64,000 nt of DNA from Nitrospirales bacterium (GTDB taxonomy: Bacteria; Nitrospirota; Nitrospiria; Nitrospirales; UBA8639), in assembly GCA_965223295.1 (NCBI GenBank), contig CBDCWC010000003.1, positions 1,376,001 to 1,440,000 of the forward strand. Reading direction: 5' to 3'. A program made the translations under genes and the position numbers. The notes under the pieces were generated by a model. The model did not search any database. It saw nothing but the letters and a program-made list of their open reading frames with translations, and was not told the origin of the DNA. Below, piece by piece: positions 1 through 9,375 of this stretch (the first letter of the stretch is position 1; every line of letters starts with the position of its first letter).

Positions 1-986
1 ATGCCATTGAAAAAGGGCATACCATTATCAGTAATTCCGTCATTGATGATGCTGTTGGAGATATTCTTCCAAAGGGAGCGATGGACGCCATGAAAACTCT
101 TGGTGGAAACTTGGATGCAGCTGGTGTTGATCGGAATACGATGCAAGCGGACAATCAGGTGGCACAAGACTTAATGGGATCGACCATGAGTGGCATGATG
201 TCTCAAGTTGTAGAAGAAAAACCAGTTACCGCTAGCCCGTTGAGTCCGGTGAATCAGAATTATTTAGATCGCATGTCGCGTGATTATTATGTCTGCGGGG
301 GATGCGGCTATATTGGAAAAGGGGCCCATCCCGTTTTATGCCCGGTCTGTGGCCTTGATGGAGCACAATTTAAACAAGTGGACAAATCCATTTTTGACGC
401 AGCGGCACAAGCCGAGGGCAATCTGGAAACGGAAGTTGCGTACGACGATATTCCCATGCAATGGACGAAAGATTCCCGTGAAGCAATCCGGGCCGTCCCT
501 GCGGGATTTCAGCGTCGACGAGCCAAAGCCAAAATTGAGAAATCTGCAAGAAAGTTAGGAATGACTACGATCACGTTGGAGTATGCGGCCCCAATTATCA
601 AAGAGGCGGCGGCTGAAGACTATACTCCAATCTTTGCTAATAAAACTCCCGAGGAGGCTTCAAATATGGGTTCTGATTCAACGACTAATCAAGAAGCAGA
701 AGCCAATGGAGCAGATCCCTACACATGGGAGCCTGAGGCAGTTCAACGGCTAGAGCGGGCACCGGCGGGTTTTATGAGAGATTGTACCAAAGCGTTAATT
801 ATCAAACATGCTGAAAAAATTGGGACGACAACGATTACCCTCGACGTGGCGAATCAAGGAATCGAACAAGCAAAGGAAACAATGGAAGAAGCCATGAAAA
901 CGGGAAATGTCAAAGATATTGTTGGACGGTTGACCGGTTCAGGGACTCCATCGGAAGCCCAATCCGGAGCCGGACACCATGGGTAA
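1..986 (+). CDS. 5'-truncated multidomain protein with repeated PCP_red (BchB C-terminal-like) domains and a rubredoxin-like CxxC...CPxC motif
   Basis: The frame is open to the window edge (AIEKGHTIISNSVIDD precedes the track's Met). Motif YVCGGCGY...CPVCG. Repeats WTKDSREAIRAVPAGFQRRRAK...GMTTIT and WEPEAVQRLERAPAGFMRD...GTTTIT. Confidence 0.7.
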   Translation, partial: AIEKGHTIISNSVIDDAVGDILPKGAMDAMKTLGGNLDAAGVDRNTMQADNQVAQDLMGSTMSGMMSQVVEEKPVTASPLSPVNQNYLDRMSRDYYVCGGCGYIGKGAHPVLCPVCGLDGAQFKQVDKSIFDAAAQAEGNLETEVAYDDIPMQWTKDSREAIRAVPAGFQRRRAKAKIEKSARKLGMTTITLEYAAPIIKEAAAEDYTPIFANKTPEEASNMGSDSTTNQEAEANGADPYTWEPEAVQRLERAPAGFMRDCTKALIIKHAEKIGTTTITLDVANQGIEQAKETMEEAMKTGNVKDIVGRLTGSGTPSEAQSGAGHHG

Positions 987-2367
987 ATCCCTTCCGGTTC
1001 TCAATTCACTTTTAGATAATTTGTCATCATTAGGGGCAAATGCGGTCTCGCGTTTCGAATCGTTGCGACCGGGGCCCGGAATTGATGCACCTGGCGATGG
1101 GCGGACGGTCGATGATTTCAAGCCGTACCTTATTGCCCTGAATCTCACCAGTCGATGTAATCTGAAATGTGATCATTGCTATCTGGATGCCACCACGAAA
1201 ATGAGTGGCGGGCAGGATGAGCTTTCCACGGAAGAATGTTTCCGTTTGATTGATCAAATCGCCGAAGTGAATCGTGGAAGTCTTCTGGTGATCACCGGCG
1301 GTGAACCGTTAGTACGCCCTGATATTTTGGATATTGCTCGCCACGCGGTAAAGCAGCAGTTTATGGTGGTGTTTGGAACTAATGGCATGTTGATTGACGA
1401 TGCCATGGCGAAGGAAATGGTAGACATCGGGGTGATGGGAGTAGGTATCAGCATCGATTCGCTGGACCCGGACAAGCATAATGCGTTTCGAGGGTTGCCA
1501 CATGCTTGGGAGGGCGCGTTGGCAGGTATCGAAGCCTGTAAGCGTAATGGCCTGCAATTTCAGGTGCATTTCAGTGCTCAACCCATGAATTATCAAGAAT
1601 TACCGTCTGTCATTGATTGGTCCCATAATCTTGGCGCCAAGGTGCTGAACGTATTCTTCATGGTGTGTACGGGGCGCGGTGAAGAGCTGACGGATATTAC
1701 GCCGTCTCAATATGAAGAAGTCTTAAGCTATTTGATTGAATCTCAAGATAAATACCAAGATATGTTGGTGCGGGCGAGATGTGCACCACATTTCAAGCGG
1801 CTAGCTTATGAAAAGGATCCGAATTCTCCGATTACAAAAGCCCAAGGTTATATGGGAGGCGGTTGTCTTGCAGGAACCAACTACGCTCGAGTGACTCCGA
1901 ATGGTGATTTGACGCCATGTCCATATATGCCTCTATCCGCTGGAAATGTGCGAGATAAGAGTTTTGTGGATTTGTGGGAAAAGTCAGAAATTTTTGATTC
2001 ATTTCGATACCCGCACTTAAAAGGTAAATGCGGGGATTGTGAATACAGTGAAATTTGCGGGGGATGTCGAGCGCGGCCGTATGTGGATCATGGCGATTGG
2101 ATGGATGAAGATGAATGGTGTCTGTATACTCCTAAAGGTGGCGACAAGATTCAGGTAGCCTTTAATGTCCCAGAAGCATCGTCTATTGAATGGGATCAAG
2201 CTTCTGAGGAACGGTTAGGCCGAATCCCGTACTTTTTGCGGGCCATGGTGAAAAAAGGTGTGGAACGTCATGCAGCGGAACAGGGGATATCAGTTATCAC
2301 CATCGAATTAATGGAAGAACTTCGCAAGCGTCGGTTTGGCAACGAAAAGCCCGTCTTTAAGTTCTAA
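979..2367 (+). CDS. Radical SAM/SPASM protein, AhbD/NirJ-like, with C-terminal PCP_red domain
   Basis: CNLKCDHC motif, ITGGEPL, SPASM cysteines (CLAG, PCPY, KCGDCEYSEICGGCRAR), C-terminal WDQASEERLGRIPYFLRAMVKKGVERHA. Confidence 0.8.
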   Translation: MGKSLPVLNSLLDNLSSLGANAVSRFESLRPGPGIDAPGDGRTVDDFKPYLIALNLTSRCNLKCDHCYLDATTKMSGGQDELSTEECFRLIDQIAEVNRGSLLVITGGEPLVRPDILDIARHAVKQQFMVVFGTNGMLIDDAMAKEMVDIGVMGVGISIDSLDPDKHNAFRGLPHAWEGALAGIEACKRNGLQFQVHFSAQPMNYQELPSVIDWSHNLGAKVLNVFFMVCTGRGEELTDITPSQYEEVLSYLIESQDKYQDMLVRARCAPHFKRLAYEKDPNSPITKAQGYMGGGCLAGTNYARVTPNGDLTPCPYMPLSAGNVRDKSFVDLWEKSEIFDSFRYPHLKGKCGDCEYSEICGGCRARPYVDHGDWMDEDEWCLYTPKGGDKIQVAFNVPEASSIEWDQASEERLGRIPYFLRAMVKKGVERHAAEQGISVITIELMEELRKRRFGNEKPVFKF

Positions 2368-2894
2368 TGGAATCCCTTCTTGGGGTCCTTACTGACCTCA
2401 ACCAACTCATCCCCATATTGGTGCATTGGTTGCACTTGCTCTCCGCCGTTGTGTGGATTGGGGGCCTCGCCTTTCTGGTTATGGCCGTCACCCCTTGTCT
2501 AAAAACAACCGTTCCCAAAGAATATATCAAACCCATATCGGAAACCTTTTATAAGCAATACAAACGCGTGGTGGGAATGCTCTTAGTCGTCATTCTCTTT
2601 ACCGGTGGGGCAAATCTCCATTATGTGAGTCAAGGGATGATCATGGCGACTGGGGAAGGTGTCGCTCACCATGCGAAATATCTCACTGTTTTTTTTATCA
2701 AGTTGTTTCTAGTGCTCGGTGTATTGACCATTTTCCTTTACACAATAATTTTTCAAAATGACCCCACGGGTCATGAAGATGAAGAAGAGTTAGAAGAAAT
2801 GGCTGTTGAGCCTGTACCTTTTCAGCGGGTGGGCTTGTGGATGGGTGTGTTTATCATTCTCTGCGCCGCTGCAATGAAACATCTTCATACCTGA
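2367..2894 (+). CDS. CopD/DUF4149-like membrane protein
   Basis: WLHLLSAVVWIGG motif, about 4 hydrophobic helices, start overlaps the upstream stop. Confidence 0.65.
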   Translation: MESLLGVLTDLNQLIPILVHWLHLLSAVVWIGGLAFLVMAVTPCLKTTVPKEYIKPISETFYKQYKRVVGMLLVVILFTGGANLHYVSQGMIMATGEGVAHHAKYLTVFFIKLFLVLGVLTIFLYTIIFQNDPTGHEDEEELEEMAVEPVPFQRVGLWMGVFIILCAAAMKHLHT

Positions 2895-2909
2895 TAAGAG
2901 AATCGAGAC

Positions 2910-3794
2910 ATGTTCGATCTGCCGTTTGGTTGTAGACAATTAGGCGCAACAAAAATACTGCTGCTTCTCTTGGTAGTCCTTTTTGGAGAAGGCCAAACTG
3001 CCTGGGCAAATACTCCCGGCGATGTAGATGATCCAGAAACTGTTATTCGAATGATTGTCAAAGCCAATGCAGAAATGGATATGAAGACTCTTGAAAGGTA
3101 TATGGCTGCTGATGATGATACGGTGGGATATACCATAGGTGGTCGAAAATACATTGGATGGAAAGATGTTGAACAAGCCTTCAAGGAAGAATTTTCCATG
3201 CTTAGTGGCTTAACCATCGATATCTTAGATCTGAAAGTCTGGCAGAAAGGTGAAGTTGCTTGGTTCGCTATGGAAATTGATTACAACCGGGAGGTAGAAA
3301 CGTCTGATGGCTCAGTAAGAAAAACATGGCCTTTGCGAGACACAGGTGTGTTAAATCGTCGGGATGGTGCCTGGATGTTAGTCAATTGGCATGAGTCTAT
3401 GCGCGAACCCGTCAAACCATTGTCAGTAGCACAACAAGCATTGGCACCCAAGGCCGAAACCAATCTTGTCGAAGTCGATCTTACTGGAGAATGGGAGATA
3501 CAAGAAGAAGATAAGGCCTACCAAGCTACGCTTGATGCGAAGGGTAATGGTCCATATACTTGGCAGGAAGGGCGGCTCCAAACTGAGAAAGTCGCTAACC
3601 GCCTCTGGTCAGGAACATGGCATCAAAAAGGCAATGACCGAGAAGGAGGCTTTGAAGTTCTGTTATCAGAAGACGGAAATACAGCAGAAGGCGTGTGGTG
3701 GTATTTGCGAGTTGGGACTCAAGAAAATATCCCACCTCGAGAATGGGGTGGCACATACAAAATCAAGCGTTTGTCGTCTTCCTCCACTCCTTAA
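2910..3794 (+). CDS. Exported NTF2/SnoaL-like domain protein with C-terminal beta-rich domain
   Basis: Signal-like N-terminus; LRDTGVL..RDGAWMLVNWHES typical of the SnoaL/DUF4440 fold. Confidence 0.6.
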   Translation: MFDLPFGCRQLGATKILLLLLVVLFGEGQTAWANTPGDVDDPETVIRMIVKANAEMDMKTLERYMAADDDTVGYTIGGRKYIGWKDVEQAFKEEFSMLSGLTIDILDLKVWQKGEVAWFAMEIDYNREVETSDGSVRKTWPLRDTGVLNRRDGAWMLVNWHESMREPVKPLSVAQQALAPKAETNLVEVDLTGEWEIQEEDKAYQATLDAKGNGPYTWQEGRLQTEKVANRLWSGTWHQKGNDREGGFEVLLSEDGNTAEGVWWYLRVGTQENIPPREWGGTYKIKRLSSSSTP

Positions 3795-3922
3795 CCAATT
3801 GGATGCAAGTCTAAGTTGTAGAGTATTTTCCTCCTGCAAATCTGTCGTTTCATCTGTAATTGAGAGCAAACCCTCATCAGGGTGTGGGTCTCGGTCTACC
3901 TCCGCTATTTCCTGAAGATTAT

Positions 3923-4111
3923 GGGCCTGTTGATTGATGATGATATCAACGGCCACATTTCGTCTCTGTGACGTCACATGTCAGAGGCCTCAGTCTGTTC
4001 GAAAAAGTCCGTTCAGCAAGGCCGCAGCCATTTTTGCGCGCGGAGCGTACTGGTCTTACGTGAGCACGGAAAAGGGCGAGAACGCCGCTGGCGGCTTTTT
4101 TCAACAGACCC
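3923..4111 (+). mobile_element. Composite MITE, copy 1 (189 bp)
   Basis: Ends GGGCCTGTTGA...TCAACAGACCC, flanked by direct repeat ATTAT on both sides; homologous to 34463-34653 and 59574-59764. Confidence 0.9.
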
Positions 4112-4302
4112 ATTATGAATCTTCACAAAACACACGTATTCCTGTTCAACAGCATAAATTTTCAGTGAAAATTTCTCATTCGTTCGGGGAATGGTTTGTC
4201 ACCTTTGGGTCAATTATCGTGTGGAGCATGTTGCGTTCAAAGACTTAGTGCCGACGACAAGTTTCGTTTTTGGCCATTCTTACAAACAGGAGGAAGTTAT
4301 CA

Positions 4303-4635
4303 ATGAAAGAATCACGTTATTCCAAAATTATGGCTCATTCTGTACGAAGTATGAAAGCGGCTGCTCTTCTGAGTTGTGTGTTATTCATGGGGGCTCAAAC
4401 AGTTTGGGCCGGAGCGCCAAGTGATTCCATGCAGAGTGATAGACAGGTGGTTGAGCAACAACGGGTTGAAAAGAATATTCCTGGTTCTTACCACTATCAA
4501 TCAGAATATGAAATGACGAAAGATGAAGAGGGCACGTATCGCTCCACCTATGAAAGCCGGAAAAATGAATGGTTTTGCTGTCTCAATTGGTTTTCCTCAA
4601 AAGATGAAACATCCACTGACTCCGAGAAATCCTAA
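4303..4635 (+). CDS. Small secreted hypothetical protein
   Basis: AGGAGG RBS before ATG 4303, signal peptide ending VWA, followed by a terminator. Confidence 0.6.
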   Translation: MKESRYSKIMAHSVRSMKAAALLSCVLFMGAQTVWAGAPSDSMQSDRQVVEQQRVEKNIPGSYHYQSEYEMTKDEEGTYRSTYESRKNEWFCCLNWFSSKDETSTDSEKS

Positions 4636-4663
4636 GGTATTTTCTGATAAATTTTGCTATACG

Positions 4664-4696
4664 AAAGGCGGCCTGTCCCATGGACAGCCGCCTTTT
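4664..4696 (+). terminator. Rho-independent terminator
   Basis: AAAGGCGGCCTGTCC-cat-GGACAGCCGCCTTTT hairpin with T tract. Confidence 0.75.
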
Positions 4697-4836
4697 ACGC
4701 TTCTCCTCTAAACACTCCTTAAAGCATTGACCTTGTTCGTCGATTCCTGAAACAGAGATTTGCTACAGTGTGGAGTGCAAGGATTTGCCGGTTTAACTTC
4801 TTTTGCCTATTAGTCCTTACGGTATCGTCTTTGTTT

Positions 4837-6264
4837 ATGGTTCGAGCATCACAATCTCGAGTACGTCCCAAACGGTCAAGGAATGGCCAGGCTTCAACAG
4901 CAGAGCCTCTCCCTTTGGAATTTCCAAATGCTGAGAATGTTAAAGGTCTAGTGGCAGATAAACCCATAGTGGTCATAGTGGGCCGACCGAATGTCGGTAA
5001 ATCTACCTTGTTTAACCGGATTGTGGGGCACCGTACTGCCATTGTCGATGATGTGTCCGGGGTCACACGTGACCGGAATATGGCGGAATGTGACTATCAA
5101 AATCGCATGTTCACGTTAGTGGATACAGGGGGCTTAGACCTTCATGCCGAAGACGTCATTGTCTCCCAAATAAAAGAGCAAACCCAAATGGCAATGGCCG
5201 AAGCGGACCTAGTCATTGCTGTGATGGATGGCCGTGTCGGTCTCTCTCCGTTGGATGCTGAACTAGCTGAGCTCTTGCGTCCAGTTGCCAAGCCGGTATT
5301 CCTGGCAATCAATAAAATTGATACGCCGAAATCCGAACCCCTTCTTGCAGATTTTTATAAGTTGGGGCTGAAAGATATCTACCCAATTTCTGCTGAAGGC
5401 GGTATGGGTGTAGATGAACTACTTGAAGCCATCATGCCCTATCTGCCTACCGTTCCAGAGGAATCAGGCCAACTTGATATTCCCCGTATCGCCGTCGTAG
5501 GACGGCCTAATGTTGGAAAATCCACCTTGGTGAATGCCATATTGGGCGAACAACGTCTCATCGTGAGCGATGTTCCCGGGACCACCCGCGATCCCATCGA
5601 CTCTCTGCTCACGCGTGATGGCCAACGCTATATTTTTACTGATACGGCTGGCATTCGCAGGCGAGGGCGTATTGATCGAGGGATTGAAGGCTACAGTGTG
5701 TTGCGCGCCATGCGGGCCTTGGGTCGGTCCGATGTGGCTGTCTTGGTATTAGATGGAATTGAAGGCGTGACGGAGCAAGATACCAAAATTGCTGGATTGA
5801 TCAATAAACAAGGCCGTGGATGCGTCATGTTGGTGAACAAATGGGATGTGCGTGAAGATGACGCTGATGCACACCCTGCTTATAGTCTTGCGCTCTCTCG
5901 TCGATTTCCGTTTTTTGCGCACGTCCCCGTGCTGTTTGGCTCGGCCGTACAATCTGAAACGCTTCCGCGTTTGTTTTCGAAAATTGATCAGGTGGTTGGG
6001 TTTTTTAGTAAACGAGTTCAGACACGGAAGCTAAATGTGTTTTTCCAGCATCTCCTCGAAAAAAACCCAATTTCTCTTCGTCGTGGGAATCACAAGAAGT
6101 CCATGTTCATCACACAGGTCGCGACGAAACCGCCAACATTTGCCTTATTTGTGAAAGGTGCCGAGAAAATCCCTGCCTCGTACCTTCGCTATTTAGAAAA
6201 TGCCATCCGAGCTGAATACGGCTTTCAAGGCATCCCCATAAAAATTTTATTGCGAGGCAAGTGA
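4837..6264 (+). CDS. der: Ribosome biogenesis GTPase Der (EngA); start codon uncertain
   Basis: Two GRPNVGKS P-loops, GVTRD/GTTRD, DTGG/DTAG, NKID/NKWD, C-terminal KH-like domain. Confidence 0.96.
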   Translation: MVRASQSRVRPKRSRNGQASTAEPLPLEFPNAENVKGLVADKPIVVIVGRPNVGKSTLFNRIVGHRTAIVDDVSGVTRDRNMAECDYQNRMFTLVDTGGLDLHAEDVIVSQIKEQTQMAMAEADLVIAVMDGRVGLSPLDAELAELLRPVAKPVFLAINKIDTPKSEPLLADFYKLGLKDIYPISAEGGMGVDELLEAIMPYLPTVPEESGQLDIPRIAVVGRPNVGKSTLVNAILGEQRLIVSDVPGTTRDPIDSLLTRDGQRYIFTDTAGIRRRGRIDRGIEGYSVLRAMRALGRSDVAVLVLDGIEGVTEQDTKIAGLINKQGRGCVMLVNKWDVREDDADAHPAYSLALSRRFPFFAHVPVLFGSAVQSETLPRLFSKIDQVVGFFSKRVQTRKLNVFFQHLLEKNPISLRRGNHKKSMFITQVATKPPTFALFVKGAEKIPASYLRYLENAIRAEYGFQGIPIKILLRGK

Positions 6265-6659
6265 GTGAAATGAGAGAAAACTGGATACAGCAATGTTGGG
6301 TAGCTTTTCTTGTCTTGCTTCTAACGAGCTTCTTAGGTAATTGGAGCATAGTCTTCGCCGATGAGGAAATCGAGGTATCTTCTCAACCGGATATTGAGGA
6401 AGGGCGTGAGATCTACGAGGCACATTGCTTGACTTGTCATGGAGCCCAGGGCCATGGAGACGAGTCCCGCGCCCCGACCCTTGTGCCTTCCCCAGGCAAT
6501 CTTGTCTCTAAAGCTACCGTGATGAAAACCGATGATGAGCTGTTTGCAATTATCACGAAAGGTATTCCCGACACCGCTATGCAGGGGTGGAAAGATCAAT
6601 TGTCCATCGATGATCGTCGCAACGTCCTCGCCTACCTCCGGTCTCTTGCTTTTCCATAA
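6261..6659 (+). CDS. Periplasmic monoheme cytochrome c
   Basis: Signal peptide, CLTCH, distal Met in TAMQGW. Confidence 0.85.
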   Translation: MSEMRENWIQQCWVAFLVLLLTSFLGNWSIVFADEEIEVSSQPDIEEGREIYEAHCLTCHGAQGHGDESRAPTLVPSPGNLVSKATVMKTDDELFAIITKGIPDTAMQGWKDQLSIDDRRNVLAYLRSLAFP

Positions 6660-6725
6660 AACCTTTAGACCAGTTTTTAGGGATCAGACTCGAATTAATT
6701 AACAGAGAGGATGGGTCCCAAAACG

Positions 6726-8093
6726 TTACATTTGGCTTAAGGCACGGAAATATTCCACGAAGGCATGCATACCGCCAGAGGCTTGCCCCCAATCAAAGTA
6801 TTCATTTGGCGCGTGGTAGCCATGTTCGGGGAGACTCAATCCCATAAATAAGATCGGCACGTTCCAGGCACGTTGTAAGGTGGCTACGGCTCCAATTGAT
6901 CCACCTTCCCTGACAAACACTGGGCGTCGGCCGAACCCCGTTTCAACGGCATCTTTCAGGGCTTCGGCATACGGTCCTTCGGAAATTCCGCGAAAGGGTT
7001 CCAGAGCTCCGTCATTGATCACTTCGATATCCGGATTGCGCTCACGGAGATGCTTTTTCAAGAGACGGAAAATCTTTTGAGGATTCTGATTGGGAACGAG
7101 CCGCATACTGACCTTCAGTTCGCCCCAAGCCGGTACAATGGTTTTCACACCAGGTCCGGTATGTCCGCCTGTTAAGCCATGTATTTCAAAGGTCGGCGAA
7201 GCCCAGATGCGTTTGAGCAACTCTTTGGGATCAGATGTACGTAATGAACGGAGTTGATAGGCTTCTTTGAACTTCCTGACTTGAAAGCCTGAAGCCACAA
7301 AGTCTTTCAATTCTGTCCGGGTAGGCGGCACGACATCATCATAGAATCCTGGGATCTTCACCCGTCCGGTTTTCGCATCCACACAGGAGTAACCGGCATC
7401 ACATAATTCCGCCAAGGGATTACGAGCCCCTCCGCCGGTGAGGCCTGAATGAATATCAGTTTCCCCTGTGCGAAGAAGGAGGCGGGCTCCCAATAATCCA
7501 CGGAGTCCACATGACAGAGCCGGCCGATTTTTCGCGACCCAAATCGTATCAGAGATCAACACCGAATCAGAAGGAGGGACACTTTTTCGCTGCTGCAGGA
7601 CTTGCAAAAAGTTGGGGCTGCCAATTTCTTCCTCTAATTCCCAGAGCACGCGTATATTCAGTGGAATACCAGCTTCTCGGGCAAATCTAGCCGCAAACAA
7701 TGCCGTAAGTGCAGGGCCTTTATCGTCCGTGGCGCCTCGCCCACAATATTTGTCGCCGTCTTTGTGAAAGGCAAATGGGGACTGTCGCCACTCCGGTTCT
7801 AAAGCAGTCTGGACATCTAGATGGTTATAAATAGTGACGGAGGGATATTTTCGGCCGGCCCACCATTCGCCGACAACACTGGGATAGCCTTTGGTTTTGA
7901 CAATCCTCGCTCTGGCACCGAAGTGTCCTAAGTAGTCTTCAGCCAATTTAGCCATCTTTTGCATATCCGATGCGTGGGCAGCGTCAGAGCTTACGGATGG
8001 TGTTTCCACCATGTGAGCTAACATATCTTCAAAATGAGGACGCTGGTCTCGAATGTAATTACGAATATGGGAGTTCGGAAAAGACATGTGCAA
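6726..8093 (-). CDS. M20 family metallopeptidase/dipeptidase
   Basis: YNHLDVQ, GRGATDDKGP, EEEIGS, HAPNE motifs. Confidence 0.9.
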   Translation of the reverse strand: MHMSFPNSHIRNYIRDQRPHFEDMLAHMVETPSVSSDAAHASDMQKMAKLAEDYLGHFGARARIVKTKGYPSVVGEWWAGRKYPSVTIYNHLDVQTALEPEWRQSPFAFHKDGDKYCGRGATDDKGPALTALFAARFAREAGIPLNIRVLWELEEEIGSPNFLQVLQQRKSVPPSDSVLISDTIWVAKNRPALSCGLRGLLGARLLLRTGETDIHSGLTGGGARNPLAELCDAGYSCVDAKTGRVKIPGFYDDVVPPTRTELKDFVASGFQVRKFKEAYQLRSLRTSDPKELLKRIWASPTFEIHGLTGGHTGPGVKTIVPAWGELKVSMRLVPNQNPQKIFRLLKKHLRERNPDIEVINDGALEPFRGISEGPYAEALKDAVETGFGRRPVFVREGGSIGAVATLQRAWNVPILFMGLSLPEHGYHAPNEYFDWGQASGGMHAFVEYFRALSQM

Positions 8094-8198
8094 CCCATTC
8101 TTGCTAATTGACGTTCAGAATAATGCTAGTGGTTTGAGGCGGCTTAAGCTAAGAAATTCTGGACTAGACAATTCTCCAGGATAGTAAATTCTCTTGGT

Positions 8199-9323
8199 TC
8201 AACCTACTGAAAACGGCACTGGAGCAAATGTTACAACAAAAATACACAAGGCAGCCCAGGCCACGAATTGACGCGTTTTCCCCAGCCCCTGATAGGGGTT
8301 TGTCACAGGGGGATGGGCTAGCCCGACCATGGCTGACATCCCAACCCATAGAATCCATCCCGGCCAACCAGTAAAACCCAGATAGAGAAGGACCGGTACG
8401 GTGGCATAGGCTAACTGCCGTTGATGTTGACCAAGAACCGCAAATGCGACATGTCCTCCATCGAGTTGACCTAAGGGTAGCAGATTGATCGCGGTGACGA
8501 AAAATCCAAACCAGGCTGCAAAGGCAATTGGGTGTAATACCAAATCGTGTGTAGTCGGAATAGGTCCAAACATAAGCCAGGCAAATCCTTGCAAGAGGAG
8601 TGGTTCACCGAGTTGGAGGCCGAAAGCATGCTCTTTGGGGACAATATAAGAAAATGAGAGTCCGATAATGGCGGCGATAACTGCAGCGATAAATCCAGCG
8701 ATCGGGCCAGCCACGCCGATATCAAATAACGCTCGTCGCTGCATAATCGGGGAGCGCATGCGGATGACCGCGCCAAAGGTTCCGATGAACTGTGGAGGAC
8801 CGGGGATAAAGAGCGGAAATGAAGCTGGCACCCGATGGATGCGCGATAATGCATAATGCCCAAATTCATGCGTTACTAAAATGCCCAAGAGAGTGACTGC
8901 GAAAGGCAAACCGTTTAACAACGAAGCTGGATATTTCGTGAGAAAATCCCACGCCCCTGTCGCTGGTTTGGTGTTCACCTGATACGCCCCAGCCCATAAG
9001 GTCGTAAAAACTGTGATACCGAAAAGCAAAATGGGTAAACCCGAAGCAGAAAATGTATTTGGTGGCGCGAGGGTGTCCCGATAGGATTGGAATTCAGGTT
9101 GGTCGTTATCCTGAGGGGGTGGTTTTGATAGCCAGTCAATGCGATGAGGAGTCTTCCTCATGTGTTTTTGAATAGCATCCTCTTTGGTTATTGGTTTGAT
9201 AAGGGAACCAGAGGGCGTGTCTTCTGAGGAATCTGATATTGCTGGATCGGAGGGGGGAGAAGTTTGAGAGCTTGAGGGTTGATTACTCGATGGCTGTGGG
9301 TGTTTTGGGGCTGAGTGGTCCAT
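8199..9323 (-). CDS. Site-2 protease (M50) family membrane metalloprotease
   Basis: HEFGH and NLLPLGQLDGGH motifs, multiple TM segments, low-complexity N-terminus. Confidence 0.9.
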   Translation of the reverse strand: MDHSAPKHPQPSSNQPSSSQTSPPSDPAISDSSEDTPSGSLIKPITKEDAIQKHMRKTPHRIDWLSKPPPQDNDQPEFQSYRDTLAPPNTFSASGLPILLFGITVFTTLWAGAYQVNTKPATGAWDFLTKYPASLLNGLPFAVTLLGILVTHEFGHYALSRIHRVPASFPLFIPGPPQFIGTFGAVIRMRSPIMQRRALFDIGVAGPIAGFIAAVIAAIIGLSFSYIVPKEHAFGLQLGEPLLLQGFAWLMFGPIPTTHDLVLHPIAFAAWFGFFVTAINLLPLGQLDGGHVAFAVLGQHQRQLAYATVPVLLYLGFTGWPGWILWVGMSAMVGLAHPPVTNPYQGLGKTRQFVAWAALCIFVVTFAPVPFSVG

Positions 9324-9375
9324 GAGTTATGATTATCTCATGGATTCGCAAGTGGATCTAGTTACGGACCGTTCC

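Noticed and set aside
1-2367. Chlorophyll biosynthesis or phototrophy inferred from PCP_red and BchE-like domains
   Set aside because: Only small accessory domains are present; no BchL/N/B catalytic subunits or photosynthesis genes occur in the window
3934-4248. ORFs over the MITE copies (also 34349-34615, 34477-34668, 59439-59687, 59623-59823, 44177-44452)
   Set aside because: Their mutual similarity comes from the repeat DNA; they have no consistent start, stop or RBS
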